Part shown: positions 19,731 to 28,917 of the stretch, piece by piece | Layout: each line of letters begins with the position of its first letter | Position numbering within the stretch: position 1 is the stretch's first letter | Assembly (NCBI GenBank): GCA_048497895.1 | Contig: JBEHZA010000002.1 | Location: 1-44,492, forward strand | DNA from: Verrucomicrobiota bacterium | GTDB lineage: Bacteria > Verrucomicrobiota > Verrucomicrobiia > Limisphaerales > JBEHZA01 | Direction: 5' to 3' | Length of the DNA: 44,492 nucleotides | Notes under the pieces: model-generated | Told to the model about the DNA's origin: nothing | The model's input: the letters and a program-made list of their open reading frames with translations, nothing else | Database searches by the model: none | Position numbers and translations under genes: made by a program

Positions 19731-20321
19731 ATGAATCTGCCCAACAAATTAACCCTCTCGCGGTTGGTGCTGACCGTGGCCTTTTTAATGGTCATGTTTT
19801 CTCAGATGCCCCACCACGAGACCCTGGGGTTGATTTTGTTCAGCGTAGCCAGTCTGACCGATTATTTCGACGGCATGATCGCCCGCCGGGATAAGCTGAT
19901 TACCAATTTTGGTATTCTGATGGATCCCCTGGCAGACAAAATCCTCATTTGCTCTGCCTTCATTGCGTTTGTGGATCGGGATTTGATGCCTGCGTGGATG
20001 GTCGTGGTCATTGTCTCGCGGGAATTGGCTATCACGGGCCTGCGGTTGCTGGCCGCTTCCAAGCAGGTCGTTTTAGCTGCGGAGGGTTATGGCAAGCACA
20101 AGACCATTTCGCAAATTGTCTGCATCCTATCCATTCTGGTAATGCTCAGTTATCCCAATTGGGGCGCGCTGGGCGAATACACTTTCGGACTCAAATTATT
20201 TGGCGTGGCCTGGGTAGTCTGGTTCACCGAACTCTCCAAATGGGTTGCGGTGCTGCTCACCATTATCTCTGGCTCACTCTACCTTTGGCGAAATCGCCAG
20301 CTCTACTTGCAGGATATGTAA
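19731..20321 (+). CDS. pgsA: CDP-diacylglycerol--glycerol-3-phosphate 3-phosphatidyltransferase
   Basis: MNLPNKLTLSR; CDP-alcohol motif TDYFDGMIARR...FGILMDPLADK; GKHKT. Confidence 0.96.
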   Translation: MNLPNKLTLSRLVLTVAFLMVMFSQMPHHETLGLILFSVASLTDYFDGMIARRDKLITNFGILMDPLADKILICSAFIAFVDRDLMPAWMVVVIVSRELAITGLRLLAASKQVVLAAEGYGKHKTISQIVCILSILVMLSYPNWGALGEYTFGLKLFGVAWVVWFTELSKWVAVLLTIISGSLYLWRNRQLYLQDM

Positions 20322-20339
20322 TTTAACTGGGGGCACAGT

Positions 20340-21026
20340 ATGTATGTCATCCCATTACTGGGCGGAATAATTGGAGGTTTCGAGCTGGTGTTGATCTTGG
20401 CGGTCGTAGTCTTGATGTATGGCGCACGAAAACTGTCAGAACTAACTACTCGACTTCAAGATCTGGAAAATTCCCCGCACGAATCCGACCGGGAAAAAGC
20501 GCAGGCTCTTTCGCTCCGTGATGGCTGGGTTCTATTTTTAGCTCAAGGATTAGGCGCGGGCGAAATCCCGTTTGCCCCCGGCACCTTCGGTTCGCTCATC
20601 GGCATCCTTTTTTTTGGCCTGCTGGTTTCAACCGGTAGCATTTGGCTTTATGCCCTGGGCATCATCGCCGGATTTTTCGTATCCGTGTGGGCTTGTGGCG
20701 AAGCCGAAAAGATTCTGAAGCAGTCAGACCCCTCCTCCGTCGTCATCGACGAAATCATTGCCATTCCGATTTGTTTTACGGCATGGGTAGTCATTCTGAT
20801 GTTGAAAACCGGTCAATTCCCTACGCCAGACGATTTCTTTTCTGAATCCACCGCTTTATGGACGGTGGCCGTATTCGCTGCGTTCCGCTGCTTTGACATC
20901 GCCAAGCCGCCGCCGGTGTATCAAAGCCAATCTTTGCCCGGCGGTTGGGGGGTGACCATGGACGATGTGCTCGCCGCTCTCTATGTCAATCTGGCCACGC
21001 TGATCGTTTATTGGGTCGCCCGTTGA
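20340..21026 (+). CDS. pgpA: Phosphatidylglycerophosphatase A with TatA-like N-terminal extension
   Basis: APGTFGS, DPSSVVIDE, FRCFDIAKP, GGWGVTMDDVLA; follows pgsA. Confidence 0.9.
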   Translation: MYVIPLLGGIIGGFELVLILAVVVLMYGARKLSELTTRLQDLENSPHESDREKAQALSLRDGWVLFLAQGLGAGEIPFAPGTFGSLIGILFFGLLVSTGSIWLYALGIIAGFFVSVWACGEAEKILKQSDPSSVVIDEIIAIPICFTAWVVILMLKTGQFPTPDDFFSESTALWTVAVFAAFRCFDIAKPPPVYQSQSLPGGWGVTMDDVLAALYVNLATLIVYWVAR

Positions 21027-21157
21027 AAGAATCAATCCGTCACGGACCTCCGGAATTACCTCCATTACGGTTGGGCATGAATTTATTGATAAAAAATCTG
21101 CTGGCAGAAGCGGCCTGCTTTTGTATGGTACCCGCCTATTTTCGAGGATAACTAAAA

Positions 21158-22627
21158 ATGGAACCTATAGCTGATATCGCACTGATCGGTCTGGCCGTAA
21201 TGGGTCAGAACCTCATCTTGAACATGAACGACCACGGTTACACCGTGGTGGCTTACAACCGCACGACGGCCAAAGTGGACGAATTTTTGGCCAAAGAAGC
21301 CAAAGGGACGAAAGTCGTTGGCGCGCACTCCATTGAAGAGATGGTTGGGCTGCTCAAAAAGCCCCGTCGCGTCATGATGCTGGTCAAAGCCGGCAAACCG
21401 GTGGATGAATTCATCGACCAACTCATCCCTCACTTGGAAGCGGGTGACATTATCATCGACGGTGGCAACTCCCTCTTTGATGACACCAACCGCCGTCAGA
21501 AGTATGTGGAAAGCAAAGGCTTGCTCTACATTGGCACGGGCGTTTCCGGTGGTGAAGAAGGCGCTCGTCGCGGTCCTTCGATCATGCCTGGTGGCTCTCC
21601 GGCAGCCTGGCCGCACGTGAAAGATATTTTCCAGGCGGTTTCCGCTAAAGTCGATGGCGGTGCTCCCTGCTGCGATTGGGTCGGCGAACAAGGCGCGGGT
21701 CACTACGTGAAGATGGTGCATAACGGCATCGAGTACGGTGACATGCAGCTCATCTGCGAAGCCTACAACATCATGAAGAACGGCCTCGGCATGAGCGCCG
21801 ACGAGATGCACGAAGTGTTCTCCGAATGGAACAAGGGCGATCTCGACAGCTACCTGATCGAAATCAGCCGCGACATTCTCGGCACCAAAGATACTGACGG
21901 AGCGCCGTTGGTGGACAAAATTCTCGACACGGCCGGCCAAAAAGGCACCGGCAAATGGACCGTCATTAACTCGCAGGAACTCGGCATCCCCATCACTTTG
22001 ATGGCTGAAGCCGTGTATGCCCGCTGCGTTTCCGCGTTGAAAGAAGAACGCGTGAAAGCCGCCCGCAAACTCAAAGGCCCGCGTCCCGCCATTGGCGCTG
22101 CGAACAAGCCGGAAACCAAGAAAGCCTTCATCGAAGACATCAAGAGCGCGCTCTACGCCTCCAAGATCGTCAGCTATGCTCAGGGCTACATGCTCATGCG
22201 CGCCGCGGCCAAGGAATACAACTGGAACCTGAATTACGGCGGTATCGCCCTCATGTGGCGCGGCGGCTGCATCATCCGTTCCCGTTTCCTCGGCAAGATC
22301 AAGGACGCTTACGACGGCAACCCGAAACTGTCCAACCTCATGCTGGACGATTATTTCCGTGGCGAAATCAAGAAGTCGCAGAAGGGCTGGCGCAATGTCG
22401 TGGCCACGGCAGCCAAAAAAGGCATCCCGGTGCCTGCTTTTAGCACGGCGCTGTCGTTCTACGATCAATACCGCAACGCGGTGTTGCCGGCGAACCTGCT
22501 CCAGGCGCAACGTGATTACTTCGGCGCGCACACCTACGAACGCGTGGACAAACCGCGCGGCGAATTCTTCCACACCAACTGGACCGGCCGTGGTGGTGAC
22601 GTTTCGTCCAGCACGTACAACGTCTGA
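21158..22627 (+). CDS. gnd: NADP-dependent 6-phosphogluconate dehydrogenase, decarboxylating
   Basis: GLAVMG, DGGN, VSGGEEGA, MVHNGIEYGDMQ, QKGTGKW, QAQRDYFGAHTY. Confidence 0.98.
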   Translation: MEPIADIALIGLAVMGQNLILNMNDHGYTVVAYNRTTAKVDEFLAKEAKGTKVVGAHSIEEMVGLLKKPRRVMMLVKAGKPVDEFIDQLIPHLEAGDIIIDGGNSLFDDTNRRQKYVESKGLLYIGTGVSGGEEGARRGPSIMPGGSPAAWPHVKDIFQAVSAKVDGGAPCCDWVGEQGAGHYVKMVHNGIEYGDMQLICEAYNIMKNGLGMSADEMHEVFSEWNKGDLDSYLIEISRDILGTKDTDGAPLVDKILDTAGQKGTGKWTVINSQELGIPITLMAEAVYARCVSALKEERVKAARKLKGPRPAIGAANKPETKKAFIEDIKSALYASKIVSYAQGYMLMRAAAKEYNWNLNYGGIALMWRGGCIIRSRFLGKIKDAYDGNPKLSNLMLDDYFRGEIKKSQKGWRNVVATAAKKGIPVPAFSTALSFYDQYRNAVLPANLLQAQRDYFGAHTYERVDKPRGEFFHTNWTGRGGDVSSSTYNV

Positions 22628-22630
22628 TTC

Positions 22631-22697
22631 AATTGCGAATTGGCGATTGCGGATTGCGGATTTAACTCCCGCCGCAATCGCCAATTCCAACGAAACT
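22631..22697 (+). repeat. Left arm of inverted repeats around the four-helix-bundle gene (7-mer array plus local hairpin)
   Basis: AATTGCG AATTGGC GATTGCG GATTGCG GATT (22631-22662). 22638-22652 is the exact reverse complement of 22672-22686; CAACGAAACT lies at 22688-22697. Confidence 0.9.
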
Positions 22698-22706
22698 CAG
22701 TAAAAA

Positions 22707-23069
22707 ATGAATGCGGCGGAATTCAAGAACCGGACCAAGACCTATGCCTGCCGGGTCGTTCGGGTCGTCAATTCTCTCCCGCATTCTTTGGCAGGCGATT
22801 ATTTCGGCCGACAACTACTCCGAAGTGCAAGTTCCGTAGCTGCCAATTATCACGCCTCCTGCCGGGCCAAGTCGCGCGCCGATTTCATTTCCAAAATGAA
22901 TACCGTTGAAGAAGAATGTGACGAATCCCTCTTCTGGATGGAAATGTTGGTCGATAATGAACTCGTCAAGCCGAACAAACTTTCCGGTTTGATGGATGAA
23001 GGCAGTCAGATTTTAGCGTTGGTTGTCGCCTCGGCGAAAACCGCGCGCAGCAACAAATCAGTTAACTAA
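22707..23069 (+). CDS. Four helix bundle protein (23S rRNA IVP / TIGR02436-like family)
   Basis: QLLRSASSVAANY...RAKSRADFISK...EECDESLFWME...LMDEG; 120 aa. Confidence 0.92.
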   Translation: MNAAEFKNRTKTYACRVVRVVNSLPHSLAGDYFGRQLLRSASSVAANYHASCRAKSRADFISKMNTVEEECDESLFWMEMLVDNELVKPNKLSGLMDEGSQILALVVASAKTARSNKSVN

Positions 23070-23098
23070 GATAAACCATAACTCAGATTGCGCCCGGA

Positions 23099-23159
23099 AG
23101 TTTCGTTGCCCACCCGCACGTAGCCAATCCGCAATCCGCAATCGCCAATCCGCAATCGC
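23099..23159 (+). repeat. Right arm of inverted repeats (AATCCGC/AATCGCC 7-mer array)
   Basis: 23126-23156 is the reverse complement of 22632-22662 at 30/31 positions; AGTTTCGTTG (23099-23108) is the exact reverse complement of 22688-22697. Confidence 0.9.
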
Positions 23160-24038
23160 ATGTCAGATCCCGCTCAAGTTCTACGTGACTTCAAGCCCTC
23201 CAAAGAGTTCTTCGTCGGCATTGATTCCGACGGTTGTATTTTCGATAGCATGGAGATCAAGCACCAGGAGTGCTTCACGCCCATGTTCATCAAACATTTT
23301 CACCTGCAAGCGGTGAGCAAATACGCCCGTGAAACCTGGGCGTTTGTGAATCTTTACTCCAAGACCCGTGGGGCGAACCGTTTCCCCGCACTCGTCCGGG
23401 CCTTGAATCTGTTACGTGAACGCTCACAGGTAAATGCCCGCGGTGTCACTATCCCTGACACCAAGGCACTGGATGAATGGATCACCCGCGAAACCAAGCT
23501 CGGCAATGCCACGCTGGCCGCTGAAGTCAACCGCGGCAATAAGGGTCTGGAGCAGGTCAAAGTCTGGTCGGACGCTGTGAATGCGACGATTGAAGACCTC
23601 GTGCATGGGGTGCCCCCCTTCCCGCTCGTGCCCGAGAGCCTCGCAAAATTGAATCAATTCGCGGATGCGATGTGCATTTCCCAAACTCCGGTGGATGCCT
23701 TGCAACGGGAATGGTCCGAACACGGCATCGAGAAATTTGTTAAGATCATTGCTGGTCAGGAAATGGGCACCAAGACCGAGCATTTGAAGTTCGCCGCCAA
23801 AGATAAATACGCGCCGAATAAAATTCTCATGATCGGTGACGCTCCCGGTGACTTCAAAGCCGCCAAATCCAATGGCGCGCTGTTCTTCCCGATTAATCCA
23901 GGCAAAGAAGAAGCCTCCTGGGAACGGCTGCATAACGAAGCTCTGGATCGTTTCTTCAAAGGGACTTACGCCGGCGATTACGAAAAGACACTCGTTCAGG
24001 AATTCGACGCCTGCCTCCCGGAACACCCGCATTGGTAA
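23160..24038 (+). CDS. HAD-superfamily hydrolase
   Basis: Motif I GIDSDG, motif II ISQT, motif III K (GTK), motif IV MIGDAPGD. Confidence 0.88.
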   Translation: MSDPAQVLRDFKPSKEFFVGIDSDGCIFDSMEIKHQECFTPMFIKHFHLQAVSKYARETWAFVNLYSKTRGANRFPALVRALNLLRERSQVNARGVTIPDTKALDEWITRETKLGNATLAAEVNRGNKGLEQVKVWSDAVNATIEDLVHGVPPFPLVPESLAKLNQFADAMCISQTPVDALQREWSEHGIEKFVKIIAGQEMGTKTEHLKFAAKDKYAPNKILMIGDAPGDFKAAKSNGALFFPINPGKEEASWERLHNEALDRFFKGTYAGDYEKTLVQEFDACLPEHPHW

Positions 24039-24061
24039 TCAACTGTTCTCTGTAACCGGCC

Positions 24062-25132
24062 ATGCAGTCCACTTACAACCTCCACGTAACCGAAACCAAA
24101 CGCTTGCTGCCTCCGCGTGCGCTGAAAGACGAATTGCCGCTCGGCAATGCGAATGCAGAAACCGTCGTTGAAAGCCGGGAGGTGATTAAGCGGATTCTGG
24201 CCGGGAAAGACGAACGCCTGTTGGTGGTCGTAGGCCCCTGCTCCATTCACGACCCCAAGGCTGCGCTGGAATACGCGAACCGGCTTGCGACGTTGCGCCG
24301 CGAATTGATCGATCAACTCTACATCGTGATGCGCGTTTATTTTGAAAAACCGCGCACCACCATTGGCTGGAAGGGCTTGATCAATGACCCGCATCTGGAT
24401 GGCAGTTACGACATCGAAACCGGTTTGAAGATCGGGCGCCGCTTATTACTGGACATCACCGCGCTCGGTTTGCCTACCGCCACGGAATTCCTTGATCCGA
24501 TTGTGCCGCAATATCTCGCGGATCTCGTCAGTTGGGCCGCCATTGGAGCGCGCACCACGGAATCTCAGACGCATCGGGAAATGGCCAGCGGGCTCTCCAT
24601 GCCAATTGGATTGAAAAACGCCACCGATGGCAGCTTGCAGGTGGCGATCGACGCCATGGCCGCCACGCGCACCCCGCACAGCTTCCTGGGCATCGATCAG
24701 GAAGGGGTCACCAGTATTGTCCGCACGACCGGCAATCCGGATTGCCACGTCGTCCTGCGCGGTGGTCGTCAGCGCACCAATTACGATCCTACGAGCATTG
24801 CTGAAGCCAACGCTCAACTCGCCAAAGCCGGTCTGCCGCCCGTATTGATGGTTGATTGCAGCCATGCTAATTCCGGCAAACAACATGCGAAGCAGGAAGA
24901 AGTCTGGCGTAGCGTCATCGAACAGCGCGTCGCCGGGGATAAATCTTTGATCGGTGTCATGGTGGAAAGCCATCTGCACGAAGGCAGTCAGGCTTTCCCG
25001 CAAGAACTTTCCAAACTCAAGTATGGAGTTTCCATTACTGACGCCTGCGTGAATTGGGAAACCACCGAACGCATCCTGCACCACGGAGCCCAAAGGCTCG
25101 CACCTTCACCCGCCATCGCCGTCCGTTCCTGA
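24062..25132 (+). CDS. 3-deoxy-7-phosphoheptulonate (DAHP) synthase, class I-alpha (AroF/G/H type)
   Basis: [51 protein letters not shown]. Confidence 0.96.
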   Translation: MQSTYNLHVTETKRLLPPRALKDELPLGNANAETVVESREVIKRILAGKDERLLVVVGPCSIHDPKAALEYANRLATLRRELIDQLYIVMRVYFEKPRTTIGWKGLINDPHLDGSYDIETGLKIGRRLLLDITALGLPTATEFLDPIVPQYLADLVSWAAIGARTTESQTHREMASGLSMPIGLKNATDGSLQVAIDAMAATRTPHSFLGIDQEGVTSIVRTTGNPDCHVVLRGGRQRTNYDPTSIAEANAQLAKAGLPPVLMVDCSHANSGKQHAKQEEVWRSVIEQRVAGDKSLIGVMVESHLHEGSQAFPQELSKLKYGVSITDACVNWETTERILHHGAQRLAPSPAIAVRS

Positions 25133-25167
25133 CTGGATCAGGCCGTATCGTTTCATCACGGGACTTT

Positions 25168-26556
25168 TTAGTCCTCCGGCATAGGCTGGCCCTTGGTTTC
25201 AGGCGCAAACGGCAGGGCGATCAAACCCAATAAGAAAATAGCGCTCATCCAGCCACAGGCATTGCGAAATGCTTCAAGCTTTTGCTCTGGAGTCGTGCTC
25301 CCCTTGGCAAGCCAAGCCGTCAAATTGCCCATGAACAACGGGCCTGAAGCCGCAATAAACCTGCCCACGTTATAGCAAAAGCTCGTGCCCGTGCTCCGTA
25401 AACTAACAGGGAATAACTCCGGCAGATAAATCGCGAATCCCGCAAACAGTGAAAGTTGGAAAAAACCCATGATCGGAATCATCCAGAAAATGTCTGATTT
25501 TTGATTCAGAAATTTGAACACCGCAATGGTGCTAATCATGGCGCAAATATATCCAATCGCAAAGACCGGCTTGCGGCCATAGCGGCTGGCCATCTTGGTA
25601 AATACCATCATTCCGGCAAACGCGCCGATGTTTTGGATGATCATATTCAATCCCGTCCACATCGTCCGGTAGCCCGGCAATTTTTCCGGCGTAACTCCCT
25701 CCGCCTTCAAGGCACGCCCAATAACATCATTAATTAATTCCGGGCTAAAGAAACCGATTCCCCACAGCCCCACGACCGCCGAAATGCACATCAGCATCCC
25801 CACAATCGCCCGGGAGCGCCACCGTTTGTCTCCCAGCAGGGATGCATAAGATCCGAATTTTACCCCACTCACCCGTCCCGCCTCGCGGGCTTTCACCCAT
25901 TTTTCCGGTTCTTTTAGCCGGATTTGAATGAAGACACACAGGAAGGCGGGCAGTGCTCCAATCAGGAACATATAGCGCCACGCACTGCCCGGTACGATTT
26001 TAAAAGTTTCCAGCCAGCCAACCAAAACGCCAATCAATCCCGCCGTGACATTTCCCACCGCTGACAATGCTTGAAGCAAACCTAAGGCGTGCGGACGTGC
26101 CGAATCCGGCAACGCATCTGCCACCAGTGCAACCGACAAACCGAACACCCCGCCCACTCCCAGCCCCGTCACAAACCGGAACGCCTCAAACATCTCCACA
26201 CTCTGCGAAAATGCCGAGAGCCCTGTAAAAACCGAATACATCAACACCGTCAATGTCAAGGTCTTCGCCCGCCCGATCCGATCCCCTACTGAACCGAAAA
26301 TCAGCCCGCCCATGGCCCAGCCCGCCACAAAAATCGCTGTCGCGGTGCCCCCCGCCTGCTTCAGAATTGCCGGATCGGTCCCCTTCGGCAGCAGCGCAGA
26401 CAACGCCGAGTTGCGTGCCAGGATGAACAACTGTTGATCTAAGCAATCAAACAGCCACGCCAGCGAAGCCACCAGGAACACAAACCAGTGATAACGGCTT
26501 AATTCTTTCCACCAGGGTTTGGCGCCAGCGGCATCCGTAGCAGGCATGGAACTCAT
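25168..26556 (-). CDS. MFS transporter
   Basis: About 12 hydrophobic segments; motif A GSVGDRIGR; RFVTGLGVGG; PELFP..LRSTG; PETKG. Confidence 0.92.
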   Translation of the reverse strand: MSSMPATDAAGAKPWWKELSRYHWFVFLVASLAWLFDCLDQQLFILARNSALSALLPKGTDPAILKQAGGTATAIFVAGWAMGGLIFGSVGDRIGRAKTLTLTVLMYSVFTGLSAFSQSVEMFEAFRFVTGLGVGGVFGLSVALVADALPDSARPHALGLLQALSAVGNVTAGLIGVLVGWLETFKIVPGSAWRYMFLIGALPAFLCVFIQIRLKEPEKWVKAREAGRVSGVKFGSYASLLGDKRWRSRAIVGMLMCISAVVGLWGIGFFSPELINDVIGRALKAEGVTPEKLPGYRTMWTGLNMIIQNIGAFAGMMVFTKMASRYGRKPVFAIGYICAMISTIAVFKFLNQKSDIFWMIPIMGFFQLSLFAGFAIYLPELFPVSLRSTGTSFCYNVGRFIAASGPLFMGNLTAWLAKGSTTPEQKLEAFRNACGWMSAIFLLGLIALPFAPETKGQPMPED

Positions 26557-26664
26557 ATTCTATCTCGGTAATTTCGGTGTGAAAACAATTTATTACCTAC
26601 ACGTATTTCTTTGCCGCGCCAAGGCTTTATTTCGGAATGCGGCGGTTTTGTTTGGCGGAATGGT

Positions 26665-26699
26665 AAAAATAAAAAAGCCCGTTCCGAAGAACGGGCTTT
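26665..26699 (-). terminator. Rho-independent terminator of the ribosomal super-operon
   Basis: Minus strand reads AAAGCCCGTTC-TTCG-GAACGGGCTTT then TTTATTTTT; cUUCGg tetraloop about 25 nt after the rplQ stop. Confidence 0.92.
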
Positions 26700-26723
26700 G
26701 ATAAGAGCTAAGTAAGCGGGCGT

Positions 26724-27146
26724 TTAGGCCTTCGCTTCTGCCGGTTTGGCTTCCGCAGCGGCGTCAACGACAACCGGAGCAGCTCCAGCCGGAGCGTCCA
26801 CGAATTCGAGGATCGCAAGTTCCGCTGAGTCACCCTGGCGTTGATGCAATTTCAGAATGCGGGTATAGCCACCCGGACGTTCTTTTTGCGCCGGAGCGAT
26901 TTCAGTGAAGAGCAGCTTCACAATATCTTCCTGGTGCAAACGCGCAGCCGCGAGCCGGCGGTGATGCAAGGTGCCCTTCTTGCCGAGGGTCACCATCTTC
27001 TCCGCGACGGAGCGGGCCGCCTTGGCTTTCGCCAACGTGGTCTGCACGCGCTTGTGCTTGATGAGGCTGCAAACCAAATTGGCCAACATCGCATTGCGAT
27101 GCGAACTGGTACGCCCCAGTTTGGCTGTTCTTTTAAGGTGTCGCAT
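26724..27146 (-). CDS. rplQ: 50S ribosomal protein L17
   Basis: MRH...LGRTSSHR, TTLAKAK, RPGGYTRI. Confidence 0.97.
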   Translation of the reverse strand: MRHLKRTAKLGRTSSHRNAMLANLVCSLIKHKRVQTTLAKAKAARSVAEKMVTLGKKGTLHHRRLAAARLHQEDIVKLLFTEIAPAQKERPGGYTRILKLHQRQGDSAELAILEFVDAPAGAAPVVVDAAAEAKPAEAKA

Positions 27147-27150
27147 AAAA

Positions 27151-28170
27151 CTATTCCAGAACCGGCTTGATTTCTTCCTTGGCAGCTTCCAGCAACGCCG
27201 GATCGATGTTCATGCCCAAGGTCAGTCCAAGGCCGGAGAGTTTCTCTTTAATTTCGTTCAGTGATTTCTTGCCGAAGTTGCGGTATTTGAGCATTTCCGC
27301 TTCGGTCTTCATCGCCAATTGACCCACCGTGGTGATATTGGCGTTGTTCAAGCAGTTGGCGGCGCGAACGCTGAGTTCGATTTCATTCACGCTCATGTTC
27401 AACAGCTTCTTGAGCTTGGCCTTTTCTTCGTCCTGCTTGTCCACCACTTCTTCAAACTCAACGGCGTTCTTGTCGTAACCGACGAACACGTCGAGATGGT
27501 GTTGCAGAATCGCCGAGGCTTGCGTCAAGGCGTCATCCGGAGTCAAACGGCCATCCGTCCAGACTTCCAGCAACAGGCGGTCATAATCCGTGCGCTGGCC
27601 GACACGCGCGCTCTCCACCGCGTAACGAACGCGGGTCACCGGAGAGAACAACGAGTCAATGGCGACCACGCCAATGGGTTGATCCACCTTCTTGTTCTCG
27701 TCCCCAGGACAGAAACCGCGGCCTACTTTGACCTCGAGTTCCATCGTCAATTTCTTCTTCTTGTCGAGCGTGCAGATCAACTGCTTCGGATTCACCAGTT
27801 CAATGTTCTGGTTCAGCTCGATGTCTTCGGCCAGCACGGCCCCGTCCTTGTTCACCGACAGAATCAACATCTGCGGTTCACGGGAGTGCGCCTTGAAGAG
27901 GACTTTCTTAAGATTCAAAACCACATCCGTCACGTCTTCCACCACACCTTCAATGGTGGTGAATTCGTGCATCGCACCGTCAATCTTTACGGAAGTGACA
28001 GCCGCGCCTTCCAGCGAGGAAAGGAGCACGCGACGAAGGGAGTTGCCAATGGTATGGCCGTAACCGGTTTCAAACGGTTCGGCAACAAACTTGGCGTAAG
28101 TGGGCGTAGCTGTTGACTCATCTTTGGTCAACCGCTTCGGCATTTCAAAACGACCTAAACGTACTGGCAT
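27151..28170 (-). CDS. rpoA: RNA polymerase alpha subunit
   Basis: EPFETGYGHTIGNSLRRVLLSS; CTD ELSVRAANCL, NFGKKSLNEI. Confidence 0.98.
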   Translation of the reverse strand: MPVRLGRFEMPKRLTKDESTATPTYAKFVAEPFETGYGHTIGNSLRRVLLSSLEGAAVTSVKIDGAMHEFTTIEGVVEDVTDVVLNLKKVLFKAHSREPQMLILSVNKDGAVLAEDIELNQNIELVNPKQLICTLDKKKKLTMELEVKVGRGFCPGDENKKVDQPIGVVAIDSLFSPVTRVRYAVESARVGQRTDYDRLLLEVWTDGRLTPDDALTQASAILQHHLDVFVGYDKNAVEFEEVVDKQDEEKAKLKKLLNMSVNEIELSVRAANCLNNANITTVGQLAMKTEAEMLKYRNFGKKSLNEIKEKLSGLGLTLGMNIDPALLEAAKEEIKPVLE

Positions 28171-28275
28171 AGTTCTTTATTGGAGCAATTTTAATCTGAC
28201 CGGCGGCGGTTTTATTCCCGCCACGCCGACGGTCCGTATAATTGCGTTATGTTCCCCTCGCGGGGAACGGGTTGA

Positions 28276-28884
28276 TTAGCGGGAATAAAATTCGACGACC
28301 GCCTGCTCATTGGCAACCGGCTGGATGTCATCCCGGGAAGGGATGCGGACGATGGAACCCTTGAAGGCTTCCTTGTTCACCGTCACCCAATCCGGCACCA
28401 CGCGGCTCGTGGACAATTCCAGATTCTTGGTGACGATCTGACGGGAAACGGTCGTGTCTTTGATATCGACGACGTCGTTCACCTTGAGGGCAAAAGAAGG
28501 GATGCTGACCTTGCGGCCATTGACGCGCACGTGACCGTGCGAGACGAGCTGACGGGCAGCAGCGCGAGTATTCGCGAAGCCCAGGTTGTAAACGATGCTG
28601 TCGAGACGGGTCTCGAGGATTTGCAGCATGGTTTCACCCGTAACACCGCGGCGGCGCAACGCGCGTTCATACACACCACGGAACTGGCGTTCCATCAAAC
28701 CGTAATAGTAACGGAGCTTTTGCTTTTCGATCAGGCCGAGGGCGTAATCAGTATTCTTGCGACGGGCCTTCGGGCCGTGCATGCCGGGGCCGTAGTTGCG
28801 GCGTTCCAGATATTTCGAGGGGCCGAAAATCGGCGTGCCAAAACGGCGGCTGATGCGGATGCGGGGACCTGTATAACGTGCCAT
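28276..28884 (-). CDS. rpsD: 30S ribosomal protein S4 (no Zn cysteines)
   Basis: MARYTGP, EKQKLR, LETRLD, ARQLVSHGH, VVEFYSR. Confidence 0.97.
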   Translation of the reverse strand: MARYTGPRIRISRRFGTPIFGPSKYLERRNYGPGMHGPKARRKNTDYALGLIEKQKLRYYYGLMERQFRGVYERALRRRGVTGETMLQILETRLDSIVYNLGFANTRAAARQLVSHGHVRVNGRKVSIPSFALKVNDVVDIKDTTVSRQIVTKNLELSTSRVVPDWVTVNKEAFKGSIVRIPSRDDIQPVANEQAVVEFYSR

Positions 28885-28917
28885 GGTAAAATCTCGGTTT
28901 AGAGTTGAAAAAGTGGT

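Noticed and set aside
21152-22690. 512-aa antisense ORF over gnd
   Set aside because: It mirrors gnd codon for codon, as expected from strong codon bias, and has no recognisable motifs. Its N-terminus (SAIRNRQFAI) is simply the translated 7-mer repeat.
22631-23159. 7-mer arrays as a CRISPR array or a DGR
   Set aside because: No spacers, no cas genes, no reverse transcriptase and no TR/VR pair in the window.
28251-28268. GTTCCCC...GGGGAAC resembling a type I-E CRISPR repeat
   Set aside because: Single copy inside a ribosomal operon spacer; an ordinary hairpin explains it.
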